Shown here: piece after piece, positions 1 to 10,267 of the stretch | How the letters are laid out: the number at the start of each line of letters is the position of its first letter | Numbering within the stretch: the first letter of the stretch is position 1 | Assembly (NCBI GenBank): GCA_965219345.1 | Contig: OZ244732.1 | Location: 1,024,001-1,088,000, forward strand | Direction: 5' to 3' | Origin: Nitrosopumilus sp. | GTDB lineage: Archaea > Thermoproteota > Nitrososphaeria > Nitrososphaerales > Nitrosopumilaceae | DNA: 64,000 nt | Translations under genes and position numbers: made by a program | The notes under the pieces: model-generated | Databases searched by the model: none | Seen by the model: only the letters and a program-made list of their open reading frames with translations | Told to the model about the DNA's origin: nothing

Positions 1-2
1 CT

Positions 3-3000
3 GCCACCATTGACAGCTCCTTCTCCGTGGAATCACAGGACTCATCCCCGCGGGGCCTGGCCTTCTCTGCCAACGGAACAAAGATGTTCGTCACAGGCAA
101 TGACAATGCAGCCGTATACGAGTACGCGCTGACTACCCCCTTTGACGTATCTACTGCCTCCTTTGGCAGCTCCTTCTCCGTGGAATCACAGGACTCATCC
201 CCGGCAGGCCTGGCCTTCTCCGGTGACGGTACCGGCATGTTTGTCCTGGGTTTTGATGGCGCGAACGTACACCAGTACGCGCTGTCCGAGCCGTTTACCT
301 TGCTTCCGCAGCCAAACTCGCTTGCCAGCTTTGAGGCAATTCCAGTTACAAACAACATTGCATCGCCATCACCACCGGATGGCACTGATCCCCCACCGGA
401 TGATACCGTTGCCCCAGCAATCACCGCGGCTGCCGTGACCTCGGCTACCGAGATACTCCTGACGTACAGCGAGAACATAGACGTCACAACCACAGACGGC
501 CAGGGATTCACCCTCTCCGTCGGACAAGTGACGGCAAACACCAATCCCGCCGGTACGGACAATACCATAACCCTTACCGTCTCCGGCATCACGGCATCCG
601 ATGCCCCAGCTATAACCTATACCGCTCCACCTGGCACCGTGGTTGACACCGCGTCAAACTCTGCAGCGAGCCAGACCTTTACTGACACCACCCCGCTGCC
701 GGATGACACCACCCCGCTGCCGGATGACACCGTTCCGCCAACGCTGACCGTGTCCTCCGTTGCAACTGCCGGCACATCGGCAATTGACATCGTGCTGTCC
801 AAAGACGTTACAATAAACGGTGCGGCACCCGGAGACTTTGCGCTGTCCGGCGACATATCCACAGACCCAACCGTAACTGGAATCACGGCCGCCGCAGACA
901 CGGTCACCCTTACCCTCAATGATACGCTTGATCATGACGATGTCATCCTCCTGGCATACGACAAAACCACGGGCAGCATAGATGACATTCCTCTTCCGTC
1001 CCTTGCAAGCTCTTTTTCGGTAGCCTTGGAAGACACATTCCCACACGGTCTGGCCTTCTCTGATGACGGAACAAGGATGTTTGTAATGGGTAGTGGTAAC
1101 GATGCCGTATACCAGTACGCGCTAACTACCCCCTTTGACGTATCGACTGCCTCCTTTGACGTATCGACTGCCTCCATTGACGACTTTTCACTAAGCCCAA
1201 GATCATTAGGCCTGGCCTTCTCTGCTAACGGAACAGGGATGTTTGTCGTAGGTCATGACATATACCAGTATACACTAGCCGCCCCCTTTGACGTATCGAC
1301 TGCCTCCCTTGACAGCTCCTTCTCAGTGGAATCACAAGAGTCATTCCCACAAAGCCTGGCCTTCTCTGATGACGGAACAGGGATGTTTGTCGTAGGTGAT
1401 GACATATACCAGTATACACTATCCACCCCCTTTGACATATTGACTGCCTCCTATGATGACATCTCCTTCTCAGTATCCTCACAAGAGTCATCCCTGCGGG
1501 ACGTGGCCTTCTCTGCTGACGGAACAAGGATGTTTGTCGTAGGTGATGACATATACCAGTACGCGCTGACTACCCCCTTTGACATATCGACTGCCAGCCA
1601 TGACAGCTCCTTCTCAGTATCCTCACAAGAGTCATCCCCGCGAGGACTGGCCTTCTCTGATGACGGAACAAGGATGTTTGTCGCAGGCATTGACAACAGT
1701 GCCGTATACCAGTACACACTGCCCGAGCCGTTTACGCTATTCTCACAGCCAAACTCGCTTGCCAGCTTTGCGGCAACCCTGGTTACAAACAACATTTCAT
1801 CAGATACCGTTGCCCCAACAATTACCGCAGCTGCCGTGACCTCGGCTACCAGCATAACCCTGACGTACAGCGAGAACATAGACGTCACAACCACAGACGG
1901 CCAGGGATTCACCCTCTCCGTCGGGCAAGTGACGGCAAACACCAATCCCGCCGGTACGGACAACACCATAACCCTTACCGTCTCCGGCATCACGGCATCC
2001 GATGCCCCAGCTATAACCTATACCGCTCCACCTGGCACCGTGGTTGACAGCGCATTAAACCCTGCAGCGAGCCAGACCTTTACTGACACCACCCCGCTGC
2101 CGGATGACACCACCCCGCTGCCGGATGACACCGTTCCGCCAACGCTGACCGTGTCCTCCGTTGCAACTGCCGGCACATCGGCAATTGATATCGTGCTGTC
2201 CAAAGACGTTACAATAAACGGTGCGGCACCCGGAGACTTTGTGCTGTCCGGCGACATATCCGCAGACCCAACCGTAACTGGAATCACGGCCGCCGCAGAC
2301 ACGGTCACCCTTACCCTCAATGATACGCTTGATCATGACGATGTCATCCTCCTGGCATACACCAGAACCACGGGCAGCATAGATGACATTCCTGCCGCTT
2401 CTGCCTTCCCTGACGGCTCCTTCTCGGTACGTTCACAAGACCCAACACCAAACGGCCTGGCCTTCTCTGCTGACGGAACAAGGATGTTCGTCACGGGCAA
2501 TAACTTCAATGCCGTATACGAGTACACATTGGCCGCCCCATTTGACGTGTCCAATGTCACCGGCACATCGGATGTCTCCCATGTCGACCGTTTCCTGGTA
2601 GACTCACAGGAATCATCCCCGCGGGGCCTGGCCTTCTCTGCTGACGGAACAAAGATGTTTGTCGTGGGTTCCAGCAGTGACTCGGTTCACGAATACGCAT
2701 TAACCACCGCCTTTGACGTATCTACTGCCACCATTGACAGCTCCTTCTCCGTGGAATCACAGGACTCATCCCCGCGGGGCCTGGCCTTCTCTGCTGACGG
2801 AACAAAGATGTTTGTCGTGGGTTCCAGCAGTGCCTCGGTTCACGAATACGCATTAACCTCCGCCTTTGACGTATCGTCTGCCACCATTGACAGCTCCTTC
2901 TCCGTGGAATCACAGGACTCATCCCCGCGGGGCCTGGCCTTCTCTGCTGACGGAACAAAGATGTTTGTAGTGGGTTCCAGCAGTGACTCGGTTCACGAAT

Positions 3001-3899
3001 ACGCATTAACCACCGCCTTTGACGTATCTACTGCCACCATTGACAGCTCCTTCTCCGTGGAATCACAGGACTCATCCCCGGCAGGCCTGGCCTTCTCCGG
3101 TGACGGTACCAGCATGTTTGTCCTGGGTTTTGATGGCGCGAACGTACACCAGTACGCGCTGTCCGAGCCGTTTACCTTGCTTCCGCAGCCAAACTCGCTT
3201 GCCAGCTTTGAGGCAATGTCGGTCACAAACAACATTGCACAGTCAGGTGACATTGATACAACAGTTACCATTGTGGATGATACGGAGGAACCAGAACCTG
3301 AACCTGAAAGAAAGCCCGAAAAGAGCGGCAGAAGCGGCGGTGGCGGTGGTGGTGGCGGCGGCCGTACCGGCGTCAGTACAGGCGGAGGAGGAGAACCCCT
3401 GTCCGACATTGAACTTTACGGCGTTTCATGGAACTGTGAGACGGGCCTAGTCAGAATAATAACCGGTGATGACTCGTCTACGCTGTCGGTATCCGTCAGA
3501 ACCTCCATTGGCGGCCTGGCCGAGGCCAGTTTATCCGATGAAAGCATACCCGGCAGCAAGGTATTCACATCCCACATAGGGCCTTCCGAGACATACCTTG
3601 GCATACTGCTGGTGGACATAGCGGGACGGGACAGCAACATTAGAAACGAAAGCATTGCCATAAAGCAGTGCGTTGGCGAGAAGACATATGACGATGATGA
3701 TGACGATGACATGTCAGATACGCCAAAGTCCACATCCCAGTCCCAGTCCGATAGTAGCAGCGACGTATCCAAAGGCGACATGGAATGCAAGCCTGGCTTT
3801 ACGATGGTCAAGAACCTGAGAGATGATCTTGCCTGCCTCTTTGACCGCTCGGTACAGCCATTGATGGAACGCGGCTGGGTAGAATCAATAGTAGGATAG
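3..3899 (+). CDS. Giant surface/adhesin-like protein (5'-partial): beta-propeller repeats, SwmB-like/Ig-like repeats, Gly-rich linker, thaumarchaeal C-terminal Cys...RGW domain
   Basis: The frame is open from position 3. It has ~51-aa SSFSVESQDSSPRGLAFSADGTKMFV blades and SwmB-like TLTL...LAY...GSIDD/NSLASF..VTNN segments, and ends in CKPGF...LACLF...LMERGW. It is visibly more GC-rich than the rest of the window. Confidence 0.85.
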   Translation, partial: ATIDSSFSVESQDSSPRGLAFSANGTKMFVTGNDNAAVYEYALTTPFDVSTASFGSSFSVESQDSSPAGLAFSGDGTGMFVLGFDGANVHQYALSEPFTLLPQPNSLASFEAIPVTNNIASPSPPDGTDPPPDDTVAPAITAAAVTSATEILLTYSENIDVTTTDGQGFTLSVGQVTANTNPAGTDNTITLTVSGITASDAPAITYTAPPGTVVDTASNSAASQTFTDTTPLPDDTTPLPDDTVPPTLTVSSVATAGTSAIDIVLSKDVTINGAAPGDFALSGDISTDPTVTGITAAADTVTLTLNDTLDHDDVILLAYDKTTGSIDDIPLPSLASSFSVALEDTFPHGLAFSDDGTRMFVMGSGNDAVYQYALTTPFDVSTASFDVSTASIDDFSLSPRSLGLAFSANGTGMFVVGHDIYQYTLAAPFDVSTASLDSSFSVESQESFPQSLAFSDDGTGMFVVGDDIYQYTLSTPFDILTASYDDISFSVSSQESSLRDVAFSADGTRMFVVGDDIYQYALTTPFDISTASHDSSFSVSSQESSPRGLAFSDDGTRMFVAGIDNSAVYQYTLPEPFTLFSQPNSLASFAATLVTNNISSDTVAPTITAAAVTSATSITLTYSENIDVTTTDGQGFTLSVGQVTANTNPAGTDNTITLTVSGITASDAPAITYTAPPGTVVDSALNPAASQTFTDTTPLPDDTTPLPDDTVPPTLTVSSVATAGTSAIDIVLSKDVTINGAAPGDFVLSGDISADPTVTGITAAADTVTLTLNDTLDHDDVILLAYTRTTGSIDDIPAASAFPDGSFSVRSQDPTPNGLAFSADGTRMFVTGNNFNAVYEYTLAAPFDVSNVTGTSDVSHVDRFLVDSQESSPRGLAFSADGTKMFVVGSSSDSVHEYALTTAFDVSTATIDSSFSVESQDSSPRGLAFSADGTKMFVVGSSSASVHEYALTSAFDVSSATIDSSFSVESQDSSPRGLAFSADGTKMFVVGSSSDSVHEYALTTAFDVSTATIDSSFSVESQDSSPAGLAFSGDGTSMFVLGFDGANVHQYALSEPFTLLPQPNSLASFEAMSVTNNIAQSGDIDTTVTIVDDTEEPEPEPERKPEKSGRSGGGGGGGGGRTGVSTGGGGEPLSDIELYGVSWNCETGLVRIITGDDSSTLSVSVRTSIGGLAEASLSDESIPGSKVFTSHIGPSETYLGILLVDIAGRDSNIRNESIAIKQCVGEKTYDDDDDDDMSDTPKSTSQSQSDSSSDVSKGDMECKPGFTMVKNLRDDLACLFDRSVQPLMERGWVESIVG
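403..2390 (+). repeat. Near-identical intragenic duplication of ~590 bp (about 403-990 vs 1804-2390)
   Basis: The DTVAP.ITAAAVTSAT...DDTTPLPDDTTPLPDDTVPP...GSIDDIP block is repeated at DNA level with few substitutions. Confidence 0.9.
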
Positions 3900-3998
3900 T
3901 ACGTGTGTGCGTGTACGGTAGTGAGACAAAGCCGCAATCGCGTTTGCCTGTATGGTTATGTCACGCATGACAAAGTCTTTGGTCTGGTAGTCTCATCG

Positions 3999-5087
3999 TT
4001 ATGGATGATATTTTTTTCGTATCTTGTAGACTATAAATGCCGGAGATATAACATACACCCCTACCAGCAGCCCTATAGTTGATACTCCAAAGAATATCAC
4101 TGATTCATTTGTAGGCTCTGCCATATTCATTATGTTTAGAATATGTATTCCCGGAGTTATTGTTATTTTTACAAATTCCTTGAATAGTATGTTTTCTCTT
4201 TGCCAGTCAGCTATGGCTGGTGCAAATGTATAGTATACTGTGTTAAACCCGCTCATAAAAGAGACCCCTGATGTTGTAGATAATAGCGTATTGTCCCGTA
4301 TCTGGCGCAAGTGCTGTACTTGCGGTGCAAGCTCTGTTCCGTATGCCGCAGTTGCAATCAAACAACTACCGCCATTAGTTGGCTCTGCATCAACTTCAAT
4401 TACTTTGCAAAAACCATTAATCAGTTCTGTACCAGGACCGCAAACTCTTGTTGGCTCAACTGGCATGTCATTTGTAATAGTCAAGCCTGCAACAGTTTTA
4501 GAATTGTCAGTTGTTTCTTTTGATTCTTGCGGGTCTATTAGTTCCGATGTTGTAGACTCTGTAACGTTTTTGGAAGACTCTATTATTGTAGGTTCTTCTT
4601 CCATCACCGGTTCTTCTTCTGTTGCGGACTCTGGTGTTTTTGGTTGAATGTCTTGTTTGTCCTCATCTGCAAATTTCCCTATTGCGGTTATTGTAGATTT
4701 TGCCTTTACCGCTTCATTGAGTATTATGGTACCTGATGTGTCATCTGATAGTAACGTGACTGTAATCCATTGTTTCTGTGTTTTAAATCCATCATAATCT
4801 GCAGGAAGTGTCACTCTGATTGGTATTTTGTTTACGCCTTCCTGTGCTATGTGTTTTGATTCATATTCATAATATTCAGAACCTGGCCCTGTAACCTCTA
4901 CTGTTAATGTAGAGCCTGGTCTGGCATCTACAACGTTAAAACTAAACTCTTTTGATTGTCCTGGTGCCAGCTCTACATTGTATCTATCAGGCAAGTTATG
5001 ATATCCTAAACCGTATGCTGTCATAGGTGTGAACAAGAAAAATGCAAAAATTATTACAAATATTTTTATTAAAGATTTGTCTTTCAT
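3999..5087 (-). CDS. Secreted/membrane-anchored CFI-box-CTERM domain protein
   Basis: Signal peptide, CGPGTELINGFC motif, GGSCLIATAAYGTELAPQVQHLRQIRD...YYTFAPAIADWQREN domain, and a C-terminal TM helix with basic tail. Confidence 0.85.
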   Translation of the reverse strand: MKDKSLIKIFVIIFAFFLFTPMTAYGLGYHNLPDRYNVELAPGQSKEFSFNVVDARPGSTLTVEVTGPGSEYYEYESKHIAQEGVNKIPIRVTLPADYDGFKTQKQWITVTLLSDDTSGTIILNEAVKAKSTITAIGKFADEDKQDIQPKTPESATEEEPVMEEEPTIIESSKNVTESTTSELIDPQESKETTDNSKTVAGLTITNDMPVEPTRVCGPGTELINGFCKVIEVDAEPTNGGSCLIATAAYGTELAPQVQHLRQIRDNTLLSTTSGVSFMSGFNTVYYTFAPAIADWQRENILFKEFVKITITPGIHILNIMNMAEPTNESVIFFGVSTIGLLVGVYVISPAFIVYKIRKKYHP

Positions 5088-5413
5088 TGTATTTCTGTTG
5101 TTATGCACATTTATAATCTTATTATTTATAAATAATATGATGTAATGATGACTAGCATAAATGATTTAATAGGCTTACTATGCGCTGCTTTGTTAAGTTA
5201 GTGGGAGTTTTTACTGCTTTGTCAAGTTAGGGTGTTTTCAGGGATCAGGCATGGATTTCTGAACTGGCTCAGAAATCAAAGGTGAGATAATAAAAAATAT
5301 TCACATCGTAACAATGTCATTATTAGCACTATCAGTTTTTGATTTTTTTTATGTTGGGTTTACTGGGCCAATTCACTAAAAATATTCATTCTGGCCCAGT
5401 TACCATTATTCTT

Positions 5414-5537
5414 GGTTCTGTGTAATCTTCGGGTGCCGATTTTCTCAAAAAAATTACTCAGCAGCCGTACTGAGTGAGGCGTTTTGGATTATGGTTTTCC
5501 ACTTGTTAACCCCATCAACCGAAGATTACACAGAACC
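5414..5537 (-). mobile_element. 124-bp MITE-like internal-deletion derivative of an IS6-family element
   Basis: Perfect 19-bp TIRs GGTTCTGTGTAATCTTCGG at 5414-5432 and 5519-5537, identical to the end at 15032. The interior encodes a transposase C-terminus VDGVNKWKTIIQNASL on the minus strand. No TSD is visible. Confidence 0.9.
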
Positions 5538-5582
5538 ACTATATATGATATATTTTTATATCCGTGGGAATCTAGTAAATAT

Positions 5583-8015
5583 GTGAATATTAATTACAAA
5601 ACATATTGCATTGTGGCATTACTTTTTTCAGTGTCTGGAATGTCGACAATGACCGTACATGCCCAAACCAGTAATGAATTATCTATCACGTCACCATCTG
5701 ATGGTCATCTTACTTCAAACCACCAAATTACAATATCCGGTACTGCCCAAACTAACAGCCAAGTGGATGTGATGATCTTCATAACGCTAATAAATGCCCT
5801 CGGAGAGGCAGTCACTGCCCAAACTAACAGCCAAATAGTTACTGCAGACTCGCAAGGCGAGTGGAGTATTGATGCCTTACTTGCAGAAGGTGATAATATG
5901 ATCACCGTATCTAACGATGGCGCATCCGTATCTGTCACAGTTACATTGGATACTAGGCCACCAACAATTACACTACTGGGAGATGACCCGCAGATTATTG
6001 AATTGGGAGCAGGATATACTGAATTAGGAGCTACAGCTGATGATGGTTCTGAGGTTTTCTCATTATGGCAGCGTACATTTGCGGATGTGATAGGCAAACG
6101 TATCCTCATTGAATATCATGCTATGGATGAAGCCGGAAATGTTGGAGTTGCACATAGACATGTAAATGTTGTTCTCCCGGCAGTTGATATATTGCCGCCT
6201 ACTATTGTATTACCAGGATATGATAGTGTAAACAGCAGGGATAACATAGCATCCATATCCATACTGTTTCACAATTATTTTTATGACCTCAGTTATTGTG
6301 AAGATCTTCATGATGAAAATCCGGAACTTAGCTATACCATACTGGATCGCTTTACCGGCGAATATATAGATGCCATTGAATATCCCATACTTGAATACTC
6401 TTCATATATTCTATCTTATACTTGCACTGATGAATCTGGACTTGAAGCAGAACCTTGGACTAGCAGAGTCCTCTTTGTTGGACCAAGAGAAACATCTGCA
6501 TCAGAACAAAGAGAAACATCTGCATCAGAACAAAGAGAAACATCTGCATCAGAACAAAGAGAAACATCTGCATCAGAACAAAGAGAAACATCTGCATCAG
6601 AACAAAGAGAAACATCTGCATCAGAACAAAGAGAAACATCTGCATCAGAACAAAGAGAAACATCTGCATCAGAACAAAGAGAAACATCTGCATCAGAACA
6701 AAGAGAAACATCTGCATCAGAACAAAGAGAAACATCTGCATCAGAACAAAGAGAAACATCTGCATCAGAACAAAGAGAAACATCTGCATCAGAACAAAGA
6801 GAAACATCTGCATCAGAACAAAGAGAAACATCTGCACCAGAATCATCGGCTGGCAAAGCCTCCTTTGTTGGACCTAGAGAAACATCTGCATCAGAACAAA
6901 GAGAAACATCTGCATCAGAACAAAGAGAAACATCTGCATCCGAATCATCGGCTGGCAAAGCCTCCTTTGTTGGACCTAGAGAAACATCTGCATCAGAACA
7001 AAGAGAAACATCTGCACCAGACCAGTACCCACCATCTTTAGAAAATAATGATAAAAAAATGGGCGGTGGAGACAGCAATGATTGGGAGAAAAAACCAACC
7101 TTTGGCAAGTCTTTTTATACACATGCCCAAATTGTAGAGGATGGATTCTCATTTAACGGGCTAACTTTAGACATTACTGATAACTGGCACACAGACTTTG
7201 ACAAAACTAGCAGTATTATTGGTGAAACCAACCATGTTGAATTAAAAGTGTATGCTGATACAAGCCTCAGATCTGTTACTTTACAATTAGGTATTCCAGA
7301 GATTGGGCAATCACATTATGCTGAGACTGGAATCCACGTATTACTCTCAAGAAACTATACCAATCCAAATAACTATGATATTACAGATGTAATTCATGAA
7401 CAAAAAGAACCATTAATTAATGAAAAAAAATCTAGCGCATCCATAATTCCGTCAAAGTGTACCTCCAGTGATAGAAGCATGGATGAGCGCTGTCATACCA
7501 TATCATTTGACTTTACAATGATGGCACCTCTCAAATGGGATGTTGTTGCCATTAAAGCATCAGATTTTGACAGATATTCTACCACTACATTTATCAATGA
7601 AGGTGTAGAATTTACTGGAGAATCACTGCTTTCTCCTAAAACCCACACGCTGATGGAGAAAACATCAGCCCAAGAAAGACACACAGTTCTGGAATTAACA
7701 CAAATGGATAGAAGACATGCTGTGTATGAAGATCAGTTTGGTAATATTTGGGAACATAACGATTATGGAACTTGGAAAAAGGTCACACCTGATAAGATAG
7801 TCAGGGATAAAGACCCCGCTACAAATGTTATGACACGGTACCATTCATCATTTGACAGTTTAGTTTTACATGAAATTGGCAAAGCTACCAAAATATTTGA
7901 CAGTGATATGATTCAAAGCCAAGTTGGTGATAGTTTCACCTATGAGTATCCAACCGGAGATGGCTCTAGGACCATGTTTCTCAAAGAAAATAATATGATG
8001 TGGATTAGAGGCTAG
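5583..8015 (+). CDS. Secreted surface protein with Ig-like/DUF5011-like domains, RETSASEQ repeat linker and thaumarchaeal C-terminal domain
   Basis: The ORF-track start at 5484 lies inside the MITE, so GTG 5583 (behind TTTTTATA) is preferred. Signal peptide, DTRPPTITLLGDDPQIIELGAGYTELGATA motif, GGGDSNDWEKKPTFG domain. Confidence 0.8.
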   Translation: MNINYKTYCIVALLFSVSGMSTMTVHAQTSNELSITSPSDGHLTSNHQITISGTAQTNSQVDVMIFITLINALGEAVTAQTNSQIVTADSQGEWSIDALLAEGDNMITVSNDGASVSVTVTLDTRPPTITLLGDDPQIIELGAGYTELGATADDGSEVFSLWQRTFADVIGKRILIEYHAMDEAGNVGVAHRHVNVVLPAVDILPPTIVLPGYDSVNSRDNIASISILFHNYFYDLSYCEDLHDENPELSYTILDRFTGEYIDAIEYPILEYSSYILSYTCTDESGLEAEPWTSRVLFVGPRETSASEQRETSASEQRETSASEQRETSASEQRETSASEQRETSASEQRETSASEQRETSASEQRETSASEQRETSASEQRETSASEQRETSASEQRETSASEQRETSASEQRETSAPESSAGKASFVGPRETSASEQRETSASEQRETSASESSAGKASFVGPRETSASEQRETSAPDQYPPSLENNDKKMGGGDSNDWEKKPTFGKSFYTHAQIVEDGFSFNGLTLDITDNWHTDFDKTSSIIGETNHVELKVYADTSLRSVTLQLGIPEIGQSHYAETGIHVLLSRNYTNPNNYDITDVIHEQKEPLINEKKSSASIIPSKCTSSDRSMDERCHTISFDFTMMAPLKWDVVAIKASDFDRYSTTTFINEGVEFTGESLLSPKTHTLMEKTSAQERHTVLELTQMDRRHAVYEDQFGNIWEHNDYGTWKKVTPDKIVRDKDPATNVMTRYHSSFDSLVLHEIGKATKIFDSDMIQSQVGDSFTYEYPTGDGSRTMFLKENNMMWIRG
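6486..7020 (+). repeat. 24-bp coding tandem repeat AGAGAAACATCTGCATCAGAACAA (14 perfect copies plus interrupted copies)
   Basis: Direct reading; it encodes RETSASEQ in frame and has no spacers. Confidence 0.95.
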
Positions 8016-8408
8016 TTTCTACAATTATTTTTCATTTTTATTCCAAATAAATACAAGTAGCCTTACAACATATTACATCAGGGCAGGCGGATGGGATTAG
8101 ACATTATTTCTTTTGTCTAACTATCTGCAAAATAATTTTCCTCAGCTAGGCATTGCTCTTAGCGACCCGTTGAATTTCCCATATTGCCATATTAATCTAT
8201 TACAAAAAGGAAAAAAAGTTACCACCCCCAGATGGCATGATCCAATGCTTTGGACAACATGATGGTGTCAACTAAAAATTCAGGTGCCTTGCACATGGAC
8301 AGTTTTTTTAATGCATGGGATTGTATTGCTTTATTTGGCCCGGAACTTCACTCTGTCAAAACAAGAAGTCCAAAATTAACTTTTAAATCCTGAAAATATC
8401 CAGTAAGC

Positions 8409-8864
8409 ATGTTGGCAGATACAACAATCCGTAAAGCTACGTATGATGATATTGATTACATTTTGGAACTACTGTATGATCTAGGACGATTACATCCACA
8501 AAACGATTCAGATGCCCACGGCTTTGCTGATATGGTAAAACAGTACGTTGCGGATACGGACAAGGAAATTCTTGTAGCTAAAATTGGCAATGACATAGTC
8601 GGCATGACAAGTATGATGTTTTTACCAAGGCTTAATCGTCTTACACCGGAGATGTATATCCCAGAGCTGATTGTCTTACCAAAATATCAAAGGCATGGGA
8701 TAGGAAACAAGCTCATGTCTGAATGTGTCAATATGGCACATGAGAAAAAATGCCATAGAATGAGGCTAGAGTCCGGGTATGCAAGAACTGCCGCACATCA
8801 ATTTTACACACATTTGGGGTTTGTAGATAATGCAAGGTCGTTTGTATTGGAATTAGTGTGCTAG
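8409..8864 (+). CDS. GNAT family N-acetyltransferase
   Basis: IRKAT..D start, LIVLPKYQRHGIGNKLM acetyl-CoA motif A, and AHQFYTHLGF. Confidence 0.9.
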   Translation: MLADTTIRKATYDDIDYILELLYDLGRLHPQNDSDAHGFADMVKQYVADTDKEILVAKIGNDIVGMTSMMFLPRLNRLTPEMYIPELIVLPKYQRHGIGNKLMSECVNMAHEKKCHRMRLESGYARTAAHQFYTHLGFVDNARSFVLELVC

Positions 8865-9006
8865 TCAGTACATCACAAGCTAAATTGCAGGAGATAGGCT
8901 GTAACATGCTGACATGTACTACACCATTGTATGCCATGATGATAATATCCTATGGTATGGTACTTTTGACATGTGTAATAATTGTGATGAAAGTACATCT
9001 GATATC

Positions 9007-9360
9007 TTATCTTGTAAAGTTCAGTGGTGGCTTGTAAGTTCCTAATAACATACATTCAGTAAAGCATCTTTCCCTGTAATTGTCTATCTTGATATATTTT
9101 ACACGATACCATTCTATTTTTTGTGATAGACTAGATCGTCTCTTTACTTTGCTGCATAGATTGCCTGTACCAATATTTAGCATATGTTCCTCACATCTTT
9201 TTTTCAATGAGTTTGTTTGGCCGATATATTGTAAAATCCCTTTTGGATCACTAATTAAATACACTCCAGGAATGTCAAAACCATCTCTATTTGCAATGTA
9301 TGATATTAGATGAGGCTTTGAATTTTCTATTATTTTTTGTATTCTATACCATGATATCAA
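9007..9360 (-). CDS. Stand-alone GIY-YIG nuclease domain protein
   Basis: PGVYLI...YIGQTNSLKKRCEEH...E......PPLN motif pattern. Confidence 0.8.
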   Translation of the reverse strand: MISWYRIQKIIENSKPHLISYIANRDGFDIPGVYLISDPKGILQYIGQTNSLKKRCEEHMLNIGTGNLCSKVKRRSSLSQKIEWYRVKYIKIDNYRERCFTECMLLGTYKPPLNFTR

Positions 9361-9500
9361 AATTATACTTTATTGGCGATTTTGTTTTAAAGTGTTGCTA
9401 ATGATGGTTCTGTGAAGTTATCGTGTGTTAGCATGAAATGCGGATCTTCTCTGAATTGAATGAAGATTATGATACCTGACTATCTGGGTTTTTGGAAATT

Positions 9501-9722
9501 TTAAATTCTTTTGGAATATTTCTCACTAAACTTGATTTCATGTTTATGCCTATTTTTGGAATGTCGGGGCTTGTGTTTTAGATATGTCTCACAACAGGGA
9601 CATTTATGATTCCCACTCCATTCCAAAAAAACATCACAACTTGGACAATATTTAGAATTCGCTGTGTCGTACTGCCGTCTTGATTTCTTATATTTGCTAC
9701 AAAATCCATCACAAGACATCAT
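9501..9722 (-). CDS. Small Cys-rich zinc-binding protein (thaumarchaeal family)
   Basis: CxxxC...CPSC...W...CPCC...L..KPR pattern, co-oriented behind the endonuclease. Confidence 0.7.
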   Translation of the reverse strand: MMSCDGFCSKYKKSRRQYDTANSKYCPSCDVFLEWSGNHKCPCCETYLKHKPRHSKNRHKHEIKFSEKYSKRI

Positions 9723-9730
9723 GCATCACA

Positions 9731-10267
9731 TTACGGTTCAATCATTATAATTTTGACAGGAACTGACGGAACAGATCTATTCAGACGTTCAATGTCATAT
9801 TCTAACTGTTCACCATAAGACACGCCACTTGACATCTCCCTCATCATGCTGTATGTTGGAACAATTTCCACACCAACATCTATTTTTCCAGCATTGTAAA
9901 AATGTTGAAATTTTGACATATCATAAAACATGAAAGCATATTTGCCAAATTGAACCTCTACGTTAACTTTGTCCTTGTTGTAATCAATTTGCTTATATGA
10001 TGATATTTCCTTGTTTTTTGATATAGGTATGGTATAGTTGAGACGTATTTCTCGGAATCGCCTACTGGAAAAATTCGCTTGAAAGCTATCGTTTAACTCT
10101 CTTGGATTATACAGTTGTTTTCCTTTTCTGTTTTTTTCTTTTGAGATTTTTGTCTTAAATGGAGATACATCTGAAATTATGTCATTTATCTCACTGTTAA
10201 TTTCAGAAAATCTAGCAGCTAATATTTCACTCCCACCCAAATGAGAATACGTCTTTTTTATTTTCAT
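9731..10267 (-). CDS. BglII/BstYI-family type II restriction endonuclease
   Basis: YSHLGG...KTKISKEK...LYNPRELN...KQIDYNKDKVNVEVQFGKYAFMFYD (PD-ExQ variant). Its ATG at 10267 overlaps the MTase stop (ATGA). Confidence 0.85.
   Translation of the reverse strand: MKIKKTYSHLGGSEILAARFSEINSEINDIISDVSPFKTKISKEKNRKGKQLYNPRELNDSFQANFSSRRFREIRLNYTIPISKNKEISSYKQIDYNKDKVNVEVQFGKYAFMFYDMSKFQHFYNAGKIDVGVEIVPTYSMMREMSSGVSYGEQLEYDIERLNRSVPSVPVKIIMIEP

Noticed and set aside
142-3937. Numerous alternative-frame and antisense ORFs in the giant gene (also over the repeats at 6.4-7.1 and 46.3-47.0 kb)
   Set aside because: These are shadow ORFs caused by high GC or stop-free repeats, with no recognisable motifs.
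6486-7020. 24-bp repeats as a CRISPR array
   Set aside because: No spacers; it is an in-frame coding repeat inside a long ORF.
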